A stretch of DNA of 64,000 nt from an uncultured Methanoregulaceae archaeon (GTDB taxonomy: Archaea > Halobacteriota > Methanomicrobia > Methanomicrobiales > Methanospirillaceae), in the NCBI GenBank assembly GCA_963705255.1, contig OY970061.1:1376001-1440000 (forward strand). Reading direction: 5' to 3'. This document shows positions 50,626-60,888 of this stretch, piece by piece. The translations under genes and the position numbers were made by a program. The notes under the pieces were generated by a model. It worked only from the letters and a program-made list of their open reading frames with translations. It had not been told where the DNA came from and ran no database searches. The number at the start of each line of letters is the position of its first letter. Within the stretch, counting starts at the first letter, position 1.

Positions 50626-51627
50626 GTGCAAACCGTGACGCTGTCAAAAGGCTGCATTCTCTGCCACCAGGGCGCGAAGATGGTACTCTTTGTTACGGGA
50701 CGCTGCCACCGTTCCTGCTGGTACTGCCCGCTCTCCTCTGAGAGAAAAGGGACCGACACGGTGTATGCAAATGAGCACCCGGTCGACATTCCGTCACAGA
50801 TACTTGAGGAGGCAGAGAACATGAGTGCTCTCGGGACCGGCGTCACGGGCGGCGAACCGCTCCTTTGCCTCGACAGGGTGACGGAGTACTGCCGGATGCT
50901 CAAAGGTCATTTCGGCCCGGAACACCAGATCCATCTGTATACCGCAAAAGCTCCCACGGACGACGAGCTCGGCCAGATGACAGGGCTCGTCGATGAGATC
51001 CGGCTCCACCCGCCCCGCGAGTGCTGGGAAACGATCCTCGAGTCAGACTTCATCCGATCTGCACAGCGGGCAAAGGAGATAGGATTCGATATCGGGATCG
51101 AAGTCCCGTCACTTCCCGGGCTTGAGCTGCTCATCCCCGCACTCCCGTTCCTTGACTTTCTCAATGTCAATGAGCTGGAATGGGGCGAGACCAACGCATG
51201 CCAGATGCGGGAGCGGGGCTACGAGCTTGCCGACGAGCTGCACAATGCCATTGACGGAGCGAAGGGCTGGGCAGTGGAGCTGTCCCGGCACGGGAAGGTG
51301 CACTGGTGCTCATCCGCGTTTAAGGATTCGGTGCAGCTGAGGGAGCGGCTGAAACGGGTAGCGGATAACACCGCAAGGCCGTTTGATGAGATCACCGATG
51401 ACGGCACCATCGTGTACGGGGTCCTTGAGCCCCTGCCGGAACTTCACCAGGCATCGGTTCAGTTCTGCCGGGAAAAGATGGAGCCGGATAGTTTCGAGGA
51501 CTGTGGTGAACGGATTGAGATGGCATGGTGGCTGCTTGAGAAATATGCAGACGATGTTCCCGGAAAAAAATACGTTCTCGAGCGATATCCCAACGGAGGG
51601 ATGATCGTGGAGGTGACGCCCGTATGA
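50626..51627 (+). CDS. Radical SAM protein (conserved archaeal, COG2108-like)
   Basis: GCILC..GAKMVLFVTG.CHRSCWYCP, TGGEP, DEIRLHP. Confidence 0.88.
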   Translation: MQTVTLSKGCILCHQGAKMVLFVTGRCHRSCWYCPLSSERKGTDTVYANEHPVDIPSQILEEAENMSALGTGVTGGEPLLCLDRVTEYCRMLKGHFGPEHQIHLYTAKAPTDDELGQMTGLVDEIRLHPPRECWETILESDFIRSAQRAKEIGFDIGIEVPSLPGLELLIPALPFLDFLNVNELEWGETNACQMRERGYELADELHNAIDGAKGWAVELSRHGKVHWCSSAFKDSVQLRERLKRVADNTARPFDEITDDGTIVYGVLEPLPELHQASVQFCREKMEPDSFEDCGERIEMAWWLLEKYADDVPGKKYVLERYPNGGMIVEVTPV

Positions 51628-52391
51628 TCTTCCGCAATCTCCTCGAACCCGTGTACGAGCGCTACCTTCGCATCCAGTGCAGGCATGTACCCAATCATAT
51701 CGCCATCATCCAGGACGGCAACCGCAGGTACGCAAAACTCCTTGGCATCGATGCGGCGGGGGGGCACCGGGCCGGCGCTGACAGGACAGAAGAGATGCTT
51801 GACTGGGCCCATGAACTGGGTATCAGGCACATCACCCTCTATACGTTCTCAACGGAAAATTTTTCCCGGACGAAAGAGGAGATCGATCATCTTTTCAGCC
51901 TGTTCCGGGAGAAATTCACCAGCGTGGTCACCGATGAACGTGTGAAAAGGTACCGGATCCGGGTGCAGATGGTCGGCGACCGGTCGATGCTTCCCGATGA
52001 CCTCAGATCTGCAATTGACGCAGCGGAAGAGGCCACGAGAGACCATGACGGCTTCTATCTCAATATCGCCCTTGCGTACGGCGGAAGAAATGAGATCGTG
52101 CTCGCTGCCCGGCAGATCCTCAAAGAGGTTGCGGAGATGCAGATCAGCCCTGAGGCAATCGATGTCCAGATGGTCGAGCGCCACCTCCATGGTGGAAAAT
52201 GGATACCACCTGTCGACCTTATTATCAGGACGGGGAACGAATACCGCACCTCGAATTTCCTGCCCTGGCTTGCAAACGGCCATGAATCGGCAGTGTATTT
52301 CTGTGCCCCGTACTGGCCGCTGTTCAGGAAGATCGATCTTCTCCGGGCCATCCGTATCTATGACCAGCGCGTCTCGGAAAAACCCTGCTGA
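51624..52391 (+). CDS. uppS: cis-prenyltransferase (polyprenyl diphosphate synthase)
   Basis: HIAIIQDGNRRYA, FSTENF, YGGR.EI, IRTG...RTSNFL. Confidence 0.93.
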   Translation: MIFRNLLEPVYERYLRIQCRHVPNHIAIIQDGNRRYAKLLGIDAAGGHRAGADRTEEMLDWAHELGIRHITLYTFSTENFSRTKEEIDHLFSLFREKFTSVVTDERVKRYRIRVQMVGDRSMLPDDLRSAIDAAEEATRDHDGFYLNIALAYGGRNEIVLAARQILKEVAEMQISPEAIDVQMVERHLHGGKWIPPVDLIIRTGNEYRTSNFLPWLANGHESAVYFCAPYWPLFRKIDLLRAIRIYDQRVSEKPC

Positions 52392-52458
52392 ATACGCAGC
52401 GGGTCTTCCCGCACGATAGGATCGCGTACTATATTTCTTTTGACGGACAGATCAAGAG

Positions 52459-53157
52459 ATGGTGGGCCATGACGGGAAAAAAGGAACGGGTGCAGGATGG
52501 CGCCATGTTACCGTAGCCGTGAGGGAGGATATTTTCCTCCCGGCGAATGAAGCCGGTCTCGATATCTCTGATATATGCAACCGTGCACTGGCTGATCTGG
52601 TCGGCGTCGATTACTGCCAGCAGCAGATCAGTAGACAACCGGTCCCGCCGCCGGTCATCATCGCTGCGGAGAGCCCCGTTGCAGGAACGCGGGGTGATGC
52701 TCCGAAAATCACGCCGGTATCCCGGGCTCCGGTCATAAACGCTGACGACCCGTCCGCAGTGACAAAGGCGATGCGATCAAAACGTCAGCCGACAGTTAAA
52801 CCTGCACCGGAAGTACCCGTGCCGCCTGTGCCGGATGCCGGAAAAGATGCCCGGCAGTTGTCCGCGTTGCCAGGTCAGGGTTCGCTGAAAAAAAGTCAGA
52901 AAGGGGTCCCGAAAAAGCGTGAAGCCGGCGGGGCGCTGAAAAAATTTGTCGCCGCAAAAATAGCACGTATCGAGGCTGATGATGCCATCATCTCCAAGGA
53001 TGAATTGTACCAGACGTTCGGCCGCTGGTGCCGTGAGCAGAAGATAACACCGGTCCCTGACCGGAAGGTGGTTTCGGTTGCGCTGAAAAACCAGTTTGCA
53101 CTTCAGGAGAGAACCGCAGACGGTGTCCCGTCCTGGGTGAATATCCGTCTGAAATAA
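52459..53157 (+). CDS. Hypothetical protein: CcdA/RHH-like N-terminus, Pro-rich linker, C-terminal winged helix
   Basis: VTVAVREDIF..A.EAGLDISDICNRAL; ISKDELYQTF.RWC...W.NIRL. Confidence 0.6.
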   Translation: MVGHDGKKGTGAGWRHVTVAVREDIFLPANEAGLDISDICNRALADLVGVDYCQQQISRQPVPPPVIIAAESPVAGTRGDAPKITPVSRAPVINADDPSAVTKAMRSKRQPTVKPAPEVPVPPVPDAGKDARQLSALPGQGSLKKSQKGVPKKREAGGALKKFVAAKIARIEADDAIISKDELYQTFGRWCREQKITPVPDRKVVSVALKNQFALQERTADGVPSWVNIRLK

Positions 53158-53217
53158 TATCGTTTTTAACTCTGTAGAAACCTTGTTTTATCGTGTGATT
53201 CGTTTATATCTTTGATG

Positions 53218-53510
53218 GTTATGAGTGTGACCCCTCTCTCAAGTTGAAGAACCCTCCTGGTTCTGAGCGGTTCATCAGAACCTCTAAGACGAGAAGAGTT
53301 CATCAGAACTCTTAGAACTCTTCTCCAGCCTGTTCTTCCCTTCGGGAACCTGAAAGGTTCATCAGAATGTCGAAGGTCGAGCCTTTGCCTCCCTTCTCAT
53401 TCTCGGGATTTGTTAACCCCTCGAACCTTGAAGGAGAGAAGAATTCGTCAGAATTCTTCGAACAGCAGTCTCCCCCAAGAGCACCCATGAGGAAAGCCGA
53501 TGATTTCTCC
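53218..53510. repeat. Hairpin repeat family, locus E (composite)
   Basis: Core at 53438-53459; 53218-53253 is an inverted homolog of ~41724-41760; ~53317-53348 is an inverted homolog of ~41369-41400; 53423-53462 matches 4520-4559 at 34/40. Confidence 0.85.
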
Positions 53511-53522
53511 AGCGCCTCGTTT

Positions 53523-54149
53523 TTATCTTCCGAAGCGGCGTATCCGCGCCTGATAGTCCCGCAGGATCCGCAGGAAATCCACTTTCCGGAAAAATTTCCA
53601 GTTAACATCGGAGAAGAAGAGCTCGGAGTACACCGACTGCCAGATCAGAAAATCGGTCAGGTGATCCCCCCCGCTCTTGATGACAACATCGGGGGTGTAC
53701 TGGAAGGTCAGGCAGGACTCGATGAGCCTTTCGTTGACAGAATCCGGAGGGACATGATCCTTTGCCATTTTCCTGATGCACCCGGTAATCTCTTCCCTGC
53801 CGCTTTTACCAGCGGCAACAACAACTTCCATGCCTGTTCCGGTAATCTCCTCCCTGTCACCGACATGCACGGCGAGATGTGCTATTGTACCGATTTTGCG
53901 GATTTCCTCCAGATACTCAAGGTTTTCAGGAGTGGTTGTAGCAATATGGAAGACAAGGCTGTGGATCCCCGGACAGGGCGGCGAAGTGCACCGGGATACG
54001 TATGACGAAATCTCGTTGCACCACGACGTGACTTTGTAGAGGTTCCCTGGTGCATCGGCCATGTCCTGCCCGCTGATCATGAAGCATACATGCCCGGGGA
54101 GTTCCGTTATCCGTCGCATGAGCATGCGCTCGTAGAGCCAGTAAATCAT
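53523..54149 (-). CDS. Non-catalytic cis-prenyltransferase-like (Nus1-like) subunit
   Basis: KSGREEI, PDVVIKSGGDHLTDFLIWQSVYSEL, RRFGR C-terminus; lacks DGNRR. Confidence 0.8.
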   Translation of the reverse strand: MIYWLYERMLMRRITELPGHVCFMISGQDMADAPGNLYKVTSWCNEISSYVSRCTSPPCPGIHSLVFHIATTTPENLEYLEEIRKIGTIAHLAVHVGDREEITGTGMEVVVAAGKSGREEITGCIRKMAKDHVPPDSVNERLIESCLTFQYTPDVVIKSGGDHLTDFLIWQSVYSELFFSDVNWKFFRKVDFLRILRDYQARIRRFGR

Positions 54150-54426
54150 CTCTACCCACCTATTGACGGTCAAAGGTAAATATCCTTGAGGGTCGGGATA
54201 CCGGCCCGCGCTAGGCCCATCACCCAAACCATAAACGTCATGTCCGGAGGCAGGCAGTGTCCGCTGCATTCGTCTGCCATTGTCCTCGTCCTGTCTGTTT
54301 CCTGCGTATCCCCAAGAACGGCCATTTTCCGGCAACCGGGGGCGAAAATCGCCCATTTTTACCCCGGTTCCCCTGGCCGGTAAATAGGAGCCATTATAAA
54401 CCTTCTGACGAAATAATCACCAGCAA

Positions 54427-55134
54427 ATGTACTCTTATAAGACGGGAATCGCACTCATAGACGAGGTGAGCGGAGGCTTCGACGCAGGGATCAATGTCCT
54501 CATCCTTGCACCAGCTATGAGCTATGCCGATCAACTCGCCTACGCCCTTGCGAAACCGTTGCAGGGTGAGTACGCTATCGTTCTCTCCACCAACGAACGT
54601 GCTGCTGAAGTGATCGACGCGTTCAAGCTCGCCGGTGCAGACAAGAGGTTCACCGGCGTCATTGACGCCATCACAAAAAGCTCGACCCCGGGCATCATGG
54701 ATACCCAGAGAATGATGTTCGTATCAAGTCCTACGGACCTCACGGGGATTGGCATCAAATTTTCCAACATGATCGAGACTATTTTCGAGGGGGATTTTTC
54801 CGAGGGCGAAACGGGCCTCTTTCCTCCGCCAATCAGGTTATGCGTAAATTCAATTTCAACATTACTGATGTACCGCAGGCTTGAGGTCCTGTACCAGTTC
54901 CTTCATGTCCTCATCGCCAAGCTGAAAAAGATCGAGGGGGTCGGCATCTACCTGCTCAACAGCGAATCGTTCGATGACAAGACGCTCTCCCTGATCAAAC
55001 AGCTGATGAACTGCGTCATTGAAGTCAAGCTCGAACATAACATCAGCTACCTGCGGATCCAGGGGATACGCGGCGTCAACGGGGAATGGCGGAAGTTCAC
55101 CATTACCAAAGGCCAGGTGACTCTCCTGGAATGA
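54427..55134 (+). CDS. Degenerate KaiC/RAD55-like ATPase domain protein
   Basis: TGIALIDE..GG, SPTDLTGIGI, NSISTLLMY; Walker A degenerate. Confidence 0.75.
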   Translation: MYSYKTGIALIDEVSGGFDAGINVLILAPAMSYADQLAYALAKPLQGEYAIVLSTNERAAEVIDAFKLAGADKRFTGVIDAITKSSTPGIMDTQRMMFVSSPTDLTGIGIKFSNMIETIFEGDFSEGETGLFPPPIRLCVNSISTLLMYRRLEVLYQFLHVLIAKLKKIEGVGIYLLNSESFDDKTLSLIKQLMNCVIEVKLEHNISYLRIQGIRGVNGEWRKFTITKGQVTLLE

Positions 55135-56291
55135 TCTCGACCGGAATAAACGGCCTTGACGAGATGGTCGGTGGAGGAATTCCCAAGAACGGCAGGGTGC
55201 TCTACAGTCTTGACCCGGGTGTCGACGGCCGGCTTTTCATGATCTCGGCACTCTCGTCCGCACTTGCACAAGGGGCGTCCTGCCTCGTGATCCTCCCCCA
55301 CACAACGGTTGAGGCGTTCGGGAATGATGCGGCCCGGATGCATGGCACAGGACTGGACTGTGCGCCAAAACAACCCGTGTTTCTTGATACCTTTGACAGG
55401 GAAAGAATCCAGAGAATCTTCCCTTCGCAGGAGGCAAGAAAACGTGAATGGGTGAGACGAATACAAAAAGTCTGCAGGGACAACCGGGTGGAGGTCATCT
55501 TCGCCTACTTCGACCTCCTCTATGAGGATTTCGGCCTTGAAACCGGCCTGGAAATCCTTGAGTCGGCAAAGGACTCAGGAACGTCAACATTTATTCTCGA
55601 ACTCCTGAATTTTGAGGGTGCGCCGCTTCTGGAACGGTTTGTACGCGAGTTTTCATTTGACCTTGTACTCCGGGCCAGATCGTCGCTCCACCCGCCTCCA
55701 CAGTTCACCTTCTTCACCCTTGTCCATACGTCCTGGTCCCCGCACTATTGCCGTTCCGTCCCGTTCACTATTTCAGAGGGCCGTGTCGTCCCGTACGTCC
55801 CGAAGATCCTGGTGACCGGGCCCCCCGGTTCCGGTAAATCCACGTTTGTCACCAGTGCATGCAGGAACGAAGGACAGGAAGATACCGGAGTAACCTGCAG
55901 GAATGGGAAGAACCAGGAGATCGATTTTTGCTGGCTCCACTGGAATGACTTTGGTATTACCCTATACGGGACACCGGGGCATACCGCGTTTGATCCTCGT
56001 ATCCTGCCTTCGCTCAGGCATGCCATGGGAGTAGTCCTTGTTATCGATGCCACAAGAGCGGGCCTGCTTCCGTGCGCCCGGCAACTCATCGAGAAGCTAG
56101 CGTGCCGGAGGATTCCGTTCGTGGTTGCCGCCAACAAGAGGGATCTGCCCGGCAGCATGGACGAGCAGGAGATCAGGAAGTCCTTCGGGATCCCGACGGA
56201 TATCCCGGTATTTGCGATCTCCGCGATACGAAAACCGGATGTCCGGTTCGTCCTCGAATCGCTTGTGGATTCTATCGCGCAGGTATCCTAG
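55131..56291 (+). CDS. Degenerate KaiC/RAD55 domain fused to MglA-like small GTPase
   Basis: STGINGLDEMVGGGIP; KILVTGPPGSGKST, LYGTPG, ANKRD, ISA. Confidence 0.8.
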   Translation: MISTGINGLDEMVGGGIPKNGRVLYSLDPGVDGRLFMISALSSALAQGASCLVILPHTTVEAFGNDAARMHGTGLDCAPKQPVFLDTFDRERIQRIFPSQEARKREWVRRIQKVCRDNRVEVIFAYFDLLYEDFGLETGLEILESAKDSGTSTFILELLNFEGAPLLERFVREFSFDLVLRARSSLHPPPQFTFFTLVHTSWSPHYCRSVPFTISEGRVVPYVPKILVTGPPGSGKSTFVTSACRNEGQEDTGVTCRNGKNQEIDFCWLHWNDFGITLYGTPGHTAFDPRILPSLRHAMGVVLVIDATRAGLLPCARQLIEKLACRRIPFVVAANKRDLPGSMDEQEIRKSFGIPTDIPVFAISAIRKPDVRFVLESLVDSIAQVS

Positions 56292-56344
56292 AAAAACGGG
56301 GATTGTAGGGGACAAGGGGTGTATCCTGAAATCATGGAGAGGCC

Positions 56345-57095
56345 ATGCTGACCTTCATCGGGCTCGGACTGTACGATAAGAAAGATATCTCGGAAAAAGG
56401 GCTGAACTGCATCAGGAATGCAGACTACGTCTACCTTGAATGCTACACCTCACGGCTCATGGGTTCATCGCGTGAAGATCTCGAACAGTACTGATGGAAA
56501 ACCGGTCCACCCGCTCTATCGTGAGGACGTGGAGCAGCACCCCGATGCGATCCTTGAGCAGTCAGGGAACGGGAACGTGGCGTTTCTCTGTGCCGGGGAC
56601 CCGATGGTATCGACCACCCATGCAGACCTCCGGATCCGGGCTGCAGAGCGGGGGATAAAGACCGGGATCGTACATGCTTCCTCCATCTCCAGTGCGGTCT
56701 GCGACCTCACCGGGCTCCAGAACTACCGGTTCGGCAAGTCCTGCTCCGTCCCGTTCCCGCAGAAGAACTGGTCCCCGACAACAGCAATCGACGTGATCCT
56801 GCAGAACCGGGCGCTCCGGCTGCACACGCTCGTGTACCTCGATATCCAGGATGACCGGTACATGACAGTGCCCGATGCCGTCTCGCTTCTGGAGAGGATG
56901 GCAGAGGAAAAAGAGCTCATGATTCCCCTGTACGTGGGCATTGCACGGGCCGGTTCGGATGAACCGGTCGTCAGGGCCGGACCGGCAGATACGATAACCG
57001 CGACAGATTTTGGCCCGCCGCTCCATATCCTGGTCGTCCCGGGGGACCTGCATGACATGGAACGGGAATACCTTGAGAGGTTTGCAGGGCTATGA
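56345..57095 (+). CDS. dph5: Diphthine synthase (frameshift near 56492)
   Basis: [11 protein letters not shown]...YLECYTS from ATG 56345; [34 protein letters not shown]. Confidence 0.92.
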
Positions 57096-57671
57096 AGTCT
57101 CCGGGAATGCCAGGCTCTCCTCTCACGCTCTCTTTCCGTTGCCCGCATCCTCGTCCCTGATGAGAGTTCAATCGGGCGGACTGCAGCGTCCATCCTGATG
57201 ATGGCGGAAGCCTATAAGAGCGACGGGAAAACATTCTTCGACTCCGGTGATCCGGTCAATGCCCTCGCCAGCTACTGGTACGGGTTCGGCTGGCTGCACT
57301 TCGGCGTGGCATACGGGCTGCTGGCTGCCGGTCCGGGAAAAGCGGATTGCCCGTTCTCCGAAGCCTGCGAGATCCTTCCCGCAACACAGGGCGACCGGCT
57401 GAGGGAGAAGACCCTGCGCTACCAGCGACTGCTTGAGACTGCAAGGATATCGGTCCGATGCGCCCCGGACCCTTCAGCCCCGGTATACGAATTTGCCGTA
57501 CGGATCCTCTTTATCGCTGCAGTGTATGCCCACCAGGGTGACGGGTTCCTGCGGAAGGGGCTGCCTGAAGATGCCCTTGCCTGTTTCAGTTACGGCCACG
57601 GCTGGATCGATGCCGCTGTCAGGGCCGGGCTCTTCTCCATCATTGCGGAACGGGAACTCTTCACGATCTGA
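57092..57671 (+). CDS. Tandem DUF357 domain protein (probable frameshift near 57100)
   Basis: [11 protein letters not shown]...[16 protein letters not shown] and [21 protein letters not shown]. Confidence 0.75.
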
Positions 57672-58256
57672 CCCGGAATTTCCGGAGACGGTTTTCATGA
57701 CCGGACATTGGTATAAACGCGTTTAAAATTCAGTCAACTGTTCCAAATTCCGGTCCTGTTTCCGGACAAAAAAATGTACATTAAACGGTAAAATGGGCAT
57801 TCTTTTCAATTGGCCCTCCTGGTCCTGCTGCGTTGGCGGTTGACGGGATAACTTTAACAGGCTGAAAAAATCAGTCATCAACCGCAGACGTAGCAGGACC
57901 GTTGCTGAGTTGTTGATACGCAACAACCCGGGTAGCTTCATCTGAGGATTTCACCAAAGCCCAAATTCAGTTAATCTGAATTAAAGAAAAGGGCCAGAGG
58001 AAGACCGGGTGGAGAACGCGGAAAAGGAACACCGGGGAGGGAACCGGATTTTCCAGGTCAACGTATCAGTCTTTACCTGGCATGAAGAGACGTTTAATCT
58101 CTCTCAGGGATCAACGCTTATCATACCAGGATATACTGTGAACACCAGGGCATTCGGGTTCGGCAGCCGTCCCTTACGGATCATTGGTTTGATAGGTGAC
58201 CCGCCCCGTCTCCTCAGGAATGGGGGCGGCGAAAGCTTTTCCGGGAGAGAATCTTC

Positions 58257-59375
58257 ATGAGCAAACAGTCCCGGTATTTTTTCTACGGCATCGTTTTTAT
58301 CCTTGTTTTCGCAGCATCATCCCTATATTTCGGGGGTCTTCTCGGTCCAAAAGACCTGGTTATCACTCCGCATATCGATCCCGTTGCCCAGACATCCCCC
58401 CAGCTCGTGGCAAACCATTCCTTTCCCTTCGAAGGTGCCACGCTCGTGGTCACGGTCCCGATCAACAACTCGGTCTACGAGGGAGCCCGACAGGCTGACC
58501 AGAAAATAACTGTGTACGGGAATGTTTCAGAGAACACCTGGCTTGCCGACAGTTATCGTGCCATGATAACTGACCCTGCACAGGATGATTTCTACCGTGA
58601 CCTCACCGGGGAGCTCAACAAGATCCGGGTGAATAACGGTCTCTCCGATGATGAATACCTTGAACTGATGGCAGTCTACGTCCAGTCTCTGCAGTATGAG
58701 GTAAATACGGATACTCCCGCCAGGTACCCCATCGAGACGGTCATGGACGGTGCCGGTGACTGCGAGGATAAGACCTCCTTCTCGCCGCCCTGCTCTCACA
58801 CGAAGGCTACCGGGTCGCTCTCTTCTCGTTTGGTCCGGAGGATCACATGGCCGTAGGTGTCGGGTCGGACAGACTCCCTCTACAAGAACACCGGGTACGC
58901 GTTCGTCGAGACGACCGTCTACTCTTATGTAGGCGTCCCGACAACAACCCTTGCAGGAGGAGTGGTACTCCGGTCCGATCCACTCGTGATACCCATCGGT
59001 GATGGCACAAAAGAGTACACGAGTGGAAACGAGACCAGATTTCTTGAAGACTCTGTAACCCTCACTGAGAAACGGATCGAAGAGCTGGAGCCGCAGTTGA
59101 ATGCCAGCGCACAGGACCTCAATGCAAAACAAGCGAGGATCGGCAGCCTTGAGGCCCAGATGACATCGATGAGAAATGGCGGAGACCTCCGGGGATATAA
59201 TTCACAGGTATCGGCCCACGACGCGCTTGTGACAGCCTACAACACAGAACTTGCCGGCTACCGGCAGACCCTTGCCCTGTACCAAAACTATGTGCAGATC
59301 CACAACTATATCGTATTGAATGCCTTCGACCGAAAGGGGGTGTACCAGTACGCGAAACAGAATCTGGTAACGTAA
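58257..59375 (+). CDS. Membrane-anchored transglutaminase-like protein with coiled-coil tail (frameshifts near 58775 and 58865)
   Basis: YVQSLQY, YPIET..DG.GDCEDK, HMAVGV, YAFVETT across three frames. Confidence 0.75.
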
Positions 59376-59687
59376 ATTTCCCGGCCTTGGAGATGCAGAT
59401 TATCCGAAGACATATGCCTGCAGAATGAGGAATCACAGGATTCATGCTCCTTTTTCATGCCTGTTCTTCAATGTGAATAAAGAAACAGGTATGCTGGACC
59501 GCCCGGGCCGGTTGCCGATGTGAAACAGAACGGGAGGACGATCGGCCTTTTTCGCCCAACACCTCAGGACCGATCCGGGCTATCAGGTGTTCATGGTTCC
59601 GGTTAAAGGTCAATACCGGTTCTGCAAAGCCAAAAGGTTCATGAACTTCTATAGAAAAATTTTCTCATTAGTGCTAAAGGGTAATCC

Positions 59688-60587
59688 ATGAAAAAACTTA
59701 TTGCAAGTGCCATTATCTTCATGCTGTTCTGTGTCACTGCCGCGTGGGCCGCCCCTGTCGGCATGGCGGCAGGAGGTAGTTACCTGCAGGATAACCAGCA
59801 GGGACACGGAATCATGGCTGATGTTCATGATGTGGTTGTTCCTTCTGATACCATCCGGGAACAACGCCATGATATTCGTGAAAACCTGACGATGGGACAT
59901 GAAGGTGTCCAGGATCAGCGGCAGGCTCTGCAGCAGGATCTCCAGGAGAATCGTGAGGCTTTCAGAAACAATGATACAACGATGAATGAGGCGCGGGAGA
60001 ACCTGTACGAAAACCTGACCGCCGGCTATGAGGCCATACAGCAGGAGCACCAGGGCATGCTGGCATACGTCCACCAGAGCGGGATCGCGATCGCCGACAA
60101 TGTGACGGCCCTGAGAGCGCAGATCCAGGCCGAACGTCAGACCGATCAGGCGCAGATTGCCAATCTTACGGCTGTGCAGAGGGAGCATCTCATGAACGGG
60201 TATGATGTCCAGATCGCCGCTCATTCACTGATGGCAATGGAGAACCTTACCGGGGAGATCGGCCCGCGGGTTGTCGGGATCGCGGAGGAGATCAATGCAT
60301 CGGAGAGTAACATCACGCCTCTCGAACAGCGGATTGAGAACGGAAATTCCCTTTTCCGGTTTATGTTTGGTGGCGACAAGGCGGCCGCGAACCAGATTGA
60401 TGATCAGGTTGCACTAAACCAGCAGAGGATCCAGACTCTCGAACAGCTGATGCAGAATTCCACCCTGCAACCCGATGTCGAGCAGGCAATGCAGGAACAG
60501 ATCACGGTGCTGCAGCAGGAGCAGGACCGGCTTGCAAATCTTACTGCCACAGAACGAAATACCACCGGGTTGTTCTGGTGGATTTGA
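59688..60587 (+). CDS. Secreted Gln-rich coiled-coil hypothetical protein
   Basis: Signal peptide MKKLIASAIIFMLFCVTAAWA; RFMFGGD, GLFWWI end. Confidence 0.75.
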   Translation: MKKLIASAIIFMLFCVTAAWAAPVGMAAGGSYLQDNQQGHGIMADVHDVVVPSDTIREQRHDIRENLTMGHEGVQDQRQALQQDLQENREAFRNNDTTMNEARENLYENLTAGYEAIQQEHQGMLAYVHQSGIAIADNVTALRAQIQAERQTDQAQIANLTAVQREHLMNGYDVQIAAHSLMAMENLTGEIGPRVVGIAEEINASESNITPLEQRIENGNSLFRFMFGGDKAAANQIDDQVALNQQRIQTLEQLMQNSTLQPDVEQAMQEQITVLQQEQDRLANLTATERNTTGLFWWI

Positions 60588-60888
60588 GGATACATTTAAT
60601 TTTTTGGGTTCAGTTCCTGTCTGTTACCATAGCTTCGTGAATTGGTCCATAGCGAAGTATCTTTTCCAAAGTCCCGTCATCGTATCAGAACCATGTGCGG
60701 GGTTCCGGTGCATCGTTAAGGACTCTCATATCGTCTTCCAAAATAGTTCCTGAAGAACCCCGTCCGTTCTGAAACCCCGGGCAGCAGGTTCTCAGGGTTC
60801 CGTGCCATGCCACGACAACGCACCTGAATCGCATATACCAAGGTTATTCATTGTTAAAAAAATAAAATTACACGATAACAGGATTGCT

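Noticed and set aside
57700-58250. Possible tRNA or ncRNA in the intergenic gap (stem near 58148-58206, AATTCAG..CTGAATT at ~57964)
   Set aside because: No cloverleaf, T-loop or other recognisable RNA motif; support too weak.
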